Assembly: GCA_009602725.1 (NCBI GenBank)
Contig: WELB01000017.1
Span: forward strand, 1,163,925 to 1,215,424
Reading direction: 5' to 3'
DNA from: Spirogloea muscicola
Taxonomy: Eukaryota
Length of the DNA stretch: 51,500 bases
This document shows, one piece after another, positions 49,178-51,500 of the stretch; the first letter of the stretch is position 1, and each line of letters opens with the position of its first letter. A program made the position numbers and the translations under genes. Below the pieces are notes generated by a model. It was not told the origin of the DNA and did not search any database. It saw only the letters and a program-made list of their open reading frames with translations.

Positions 49178-51500
49178 TCACTCTTCAGATGGCTGGGGCT
49201 CTAGTATGGTACAGGAGTGGGTGGCGAGAAAGATTTTTGCGACAAGCGCGGGCTCCGACGGCATTTTGAGGCAAACTCGGCAGAAGGCATGCGAGCACTC
49301 AAGCACCACGCCCCAGCTCGAGGCATGGCAGTACGTGCAAAAGCACCCCTGGATGCCATCAAGTCGACGCAGCCGTAGGCCCTGGTCAGGCACGGTGGTC
49401 AGGCTCAGGAGCTCCCAGCCAGCCACCGGCTCTATCCAGGATGCCGTCTGCACTCCTGACGCAGTGAGGAACATATCTGCACCACTCCAGCAGAGCAATC
49501 GTCCACTACTTAAGACCACCTGTGGTCCCGACGAGAAGCGACGCTGTAGACTGCAATGCATTGAAGCAGCCCCACATTGACGAGCTGGAGATGCCATACT
49601 TGGTGGATGAACACCTGAATATCTGCAATGCTCGAAAGGACCGTACAGAGGTGATCCAAGGCTAGCAGAAAGCAACAGGGGACCAATAACATGGCACCCC
49701 AGAGAGGGTAGGACATGGCACACAAACCAGCCAGCAGCTTTTGGCTAATGGAAGGAGGAGATCCGCAAGTGTCACAGAAGGCATGCCCGTAGAAGACCGA
49801 CACGATCCACGTCGGACCACCTCCCTGGCACTGGCATCTGATTGGCGGCCCGTCCTTCCCAAGCCTGACCACCCGCACGAGTCTCGAGGGGTCTGCCAGC
49901 TTTGAAGGAAGATTGAGCAAGCCTAGAGGAGCACCTGACACACCCTGCATGTTCAGGACGAGCCAAAGATACTATGCTCGTCAGCTGGAGGCCTTGCCAA
50001 TCCTCCACAGTGAACAGATTTGCATAGACATGTCTTGCCAGAAAAGCAAGTTTTCAAGTGATATTCGAGATGGATAAGAGATGGAGCCTAGGGACTTCAA
50101 GCTCTTTCAGAATGACAGCAGCAGATGAATGCACGAATAGGTGACAGAGGCCAACTGCCAATTGCACCTCATCGACATCCCGCCAAGGTGCATCATATAT
50201 CAGGATGCGAAGGAACTCCATCTCCCTCCGGAGGCGAAAGAGCTCGTCATCTGTCATCTTGGGCAGCGCTGTGAAGCTCTCATATCGTAGAAGCCAGAGG
50301 ATCTGGGCGAACAAGGATTCATCACACTCCCATATGAACGTCATCTGCAAGGCAGCGAGCAGATAGGCAAGCTCGCAAGGTGAGCAGAGCGAGCAAGAGC
50401 CTCGCTGCTTGTACCCAGTTTGGTTCCTCAATCATATCCAAGCACAGGGAAAGTTGCCTCAGGCATGACGACCAGTAAAAATTTGCAGGCAGAAGGTGAT
50501 ACCCACTTTGTGTGTATACAACATGACATTCACATGGTACTGTCCTCTTGCTGCAGCTGGCCAGGAGACAAGCTCGTGCACATGGTACTGTCCTCTTGCT
50601 GCAGCTGACCAGGAGACAAGCTCGTGCAGAGCTTGCAAACAGACTTAATTGTTATGTACCTGTGCATTCTGGGGGGCTGGCACATCAGTCGACGACTCTG
50701 CTGCCTCCTCTGTGGCCTGCCTGTGCTGCCGCAGCTTCTCTTGTATTGCAACTCGAAAGTAGCCTGCCTTGCGCAGCAGGCCCGCACTCACGCAGAACGG
50801 CGTCCTCTGCAGTCGAGATCGAGTCCATGTCAGCCAAGATCGAGTCCATGTCAGCCAGCGTAATGCAGCTGAATTCTAGTGCGTCTGTGCTGGTAATGTG
50901 TTAATAATTCTTGATGAGGAGCTCAGAACAAGGCCAAGGAGCAGAAGGCTGAACATTGCTCAGGCATTGGCATGACAATCAGCTTGGCATCATGGACGAA
51001 TCTCGGAGAGCTGGCACTGGTAGTCGCCGCCACTTCTTTCTGGTAGCCGAGCTGAAGCTGGCAAGGAGCCACTTCACTTGGCAATGCAAGCTACTGCTAA
51101 TGTAGGCTTCTAGGGGCGCAGCCAGCATTGTGCCACTGGCTAAGCGGCTTCCCATGGCCAATGCAGGCCTCCCCACCTTGGTCCCGACGAGGACCGTGAT
51201 GTCCTGCGTGTAGCTCGGAAGCGGCGGCGGCGACGGCCCCGGCCCGTCCGCGCGCTGGGCGGCCTCCCAGGCGGCCGGCGAGGGCCCATTGCCCGGGCCG
51301 TCGTCGGCGCTGTCGTCGCCGCCGGCAAAGCCCTCCATGGCCACGATGCCGTTGCGGCCGGCGCTGGCGACGGAGATGAAGGCCCGCCCGGAGCCTTCCC
51401 GAGACGGCGGCGCGGTGCCGGAGGGCGAGGCCTCCGGCGAGGCCTCTGGCTTGGCGGCGGCGGCGAGCGAGGGGTCGAGCGCGGCGGAGAAGCTGCGCAG
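49178..51500 (-). CDS. BTB/POZ (KCTD-like) protein with two Cys/His (HAFCxxC) motifs; 5' part outside the window
   Basis: FIWECDESLFAQILWLLRY..LP..LFRLRREMEFLRI resembles the KCTD BTB core. CQC..W..GHAFCDTC and CTYC..W..CSHAFCRVC follow. The exon chain is tentative. Confidence 0.55.
50531..50626. repeat. Tandem 48-bp duplication (intronic)
   Basis: CACATGGTACTGTCCTCTTGCTGCAGCTG(G/A)CCAGGAGACAAGCTCGTG x2. Confidence 0.9.

Overview
Eukaryotic, intron-rich nuclear DNA. The gene set (MOC1, PMT/DUF248, OEP16-3/B14.7, plant-type USP domains) and TTTAGGG-like repeats point to a green plant or streptophyte alga; this is an inference. About nine spliced host genes are supported: a leishmanolysin-like M8 peptidase with EGF, Pro-rich, SEA-like and TM parts; MOC1; OEP16-3/NDUFA11; a PMT methyltransferase; an F-box/LRR-like gene; DCC1; an apparent GT61-GT7 double glycosyltransferase; two tandem USP-domain paralogs; and a partial BTB plus Cys/His-motif gene. 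The intergenic DNA is dominated by CRE-like non-LTR retrotransposons (RT plus restriction-like endonuclease). There is one intact-ORF element (family A, ~35.3-39.3 kb, minus), several 5'-truncated A copies, and roughly 20 fragments or short 3' tails of a second family (B). Both families end in ...L(T/S)RGY-stop, carry conserved 3' stem-loops, lack poly(A), end in T/C-rich tracts and stack next to each other. The most notable items are the GT61-GT7 fusion and this retroelement tail system. Exon boundaries were read by eye and are approximate. The assembly has a poly-A/N gap and several single Ns.
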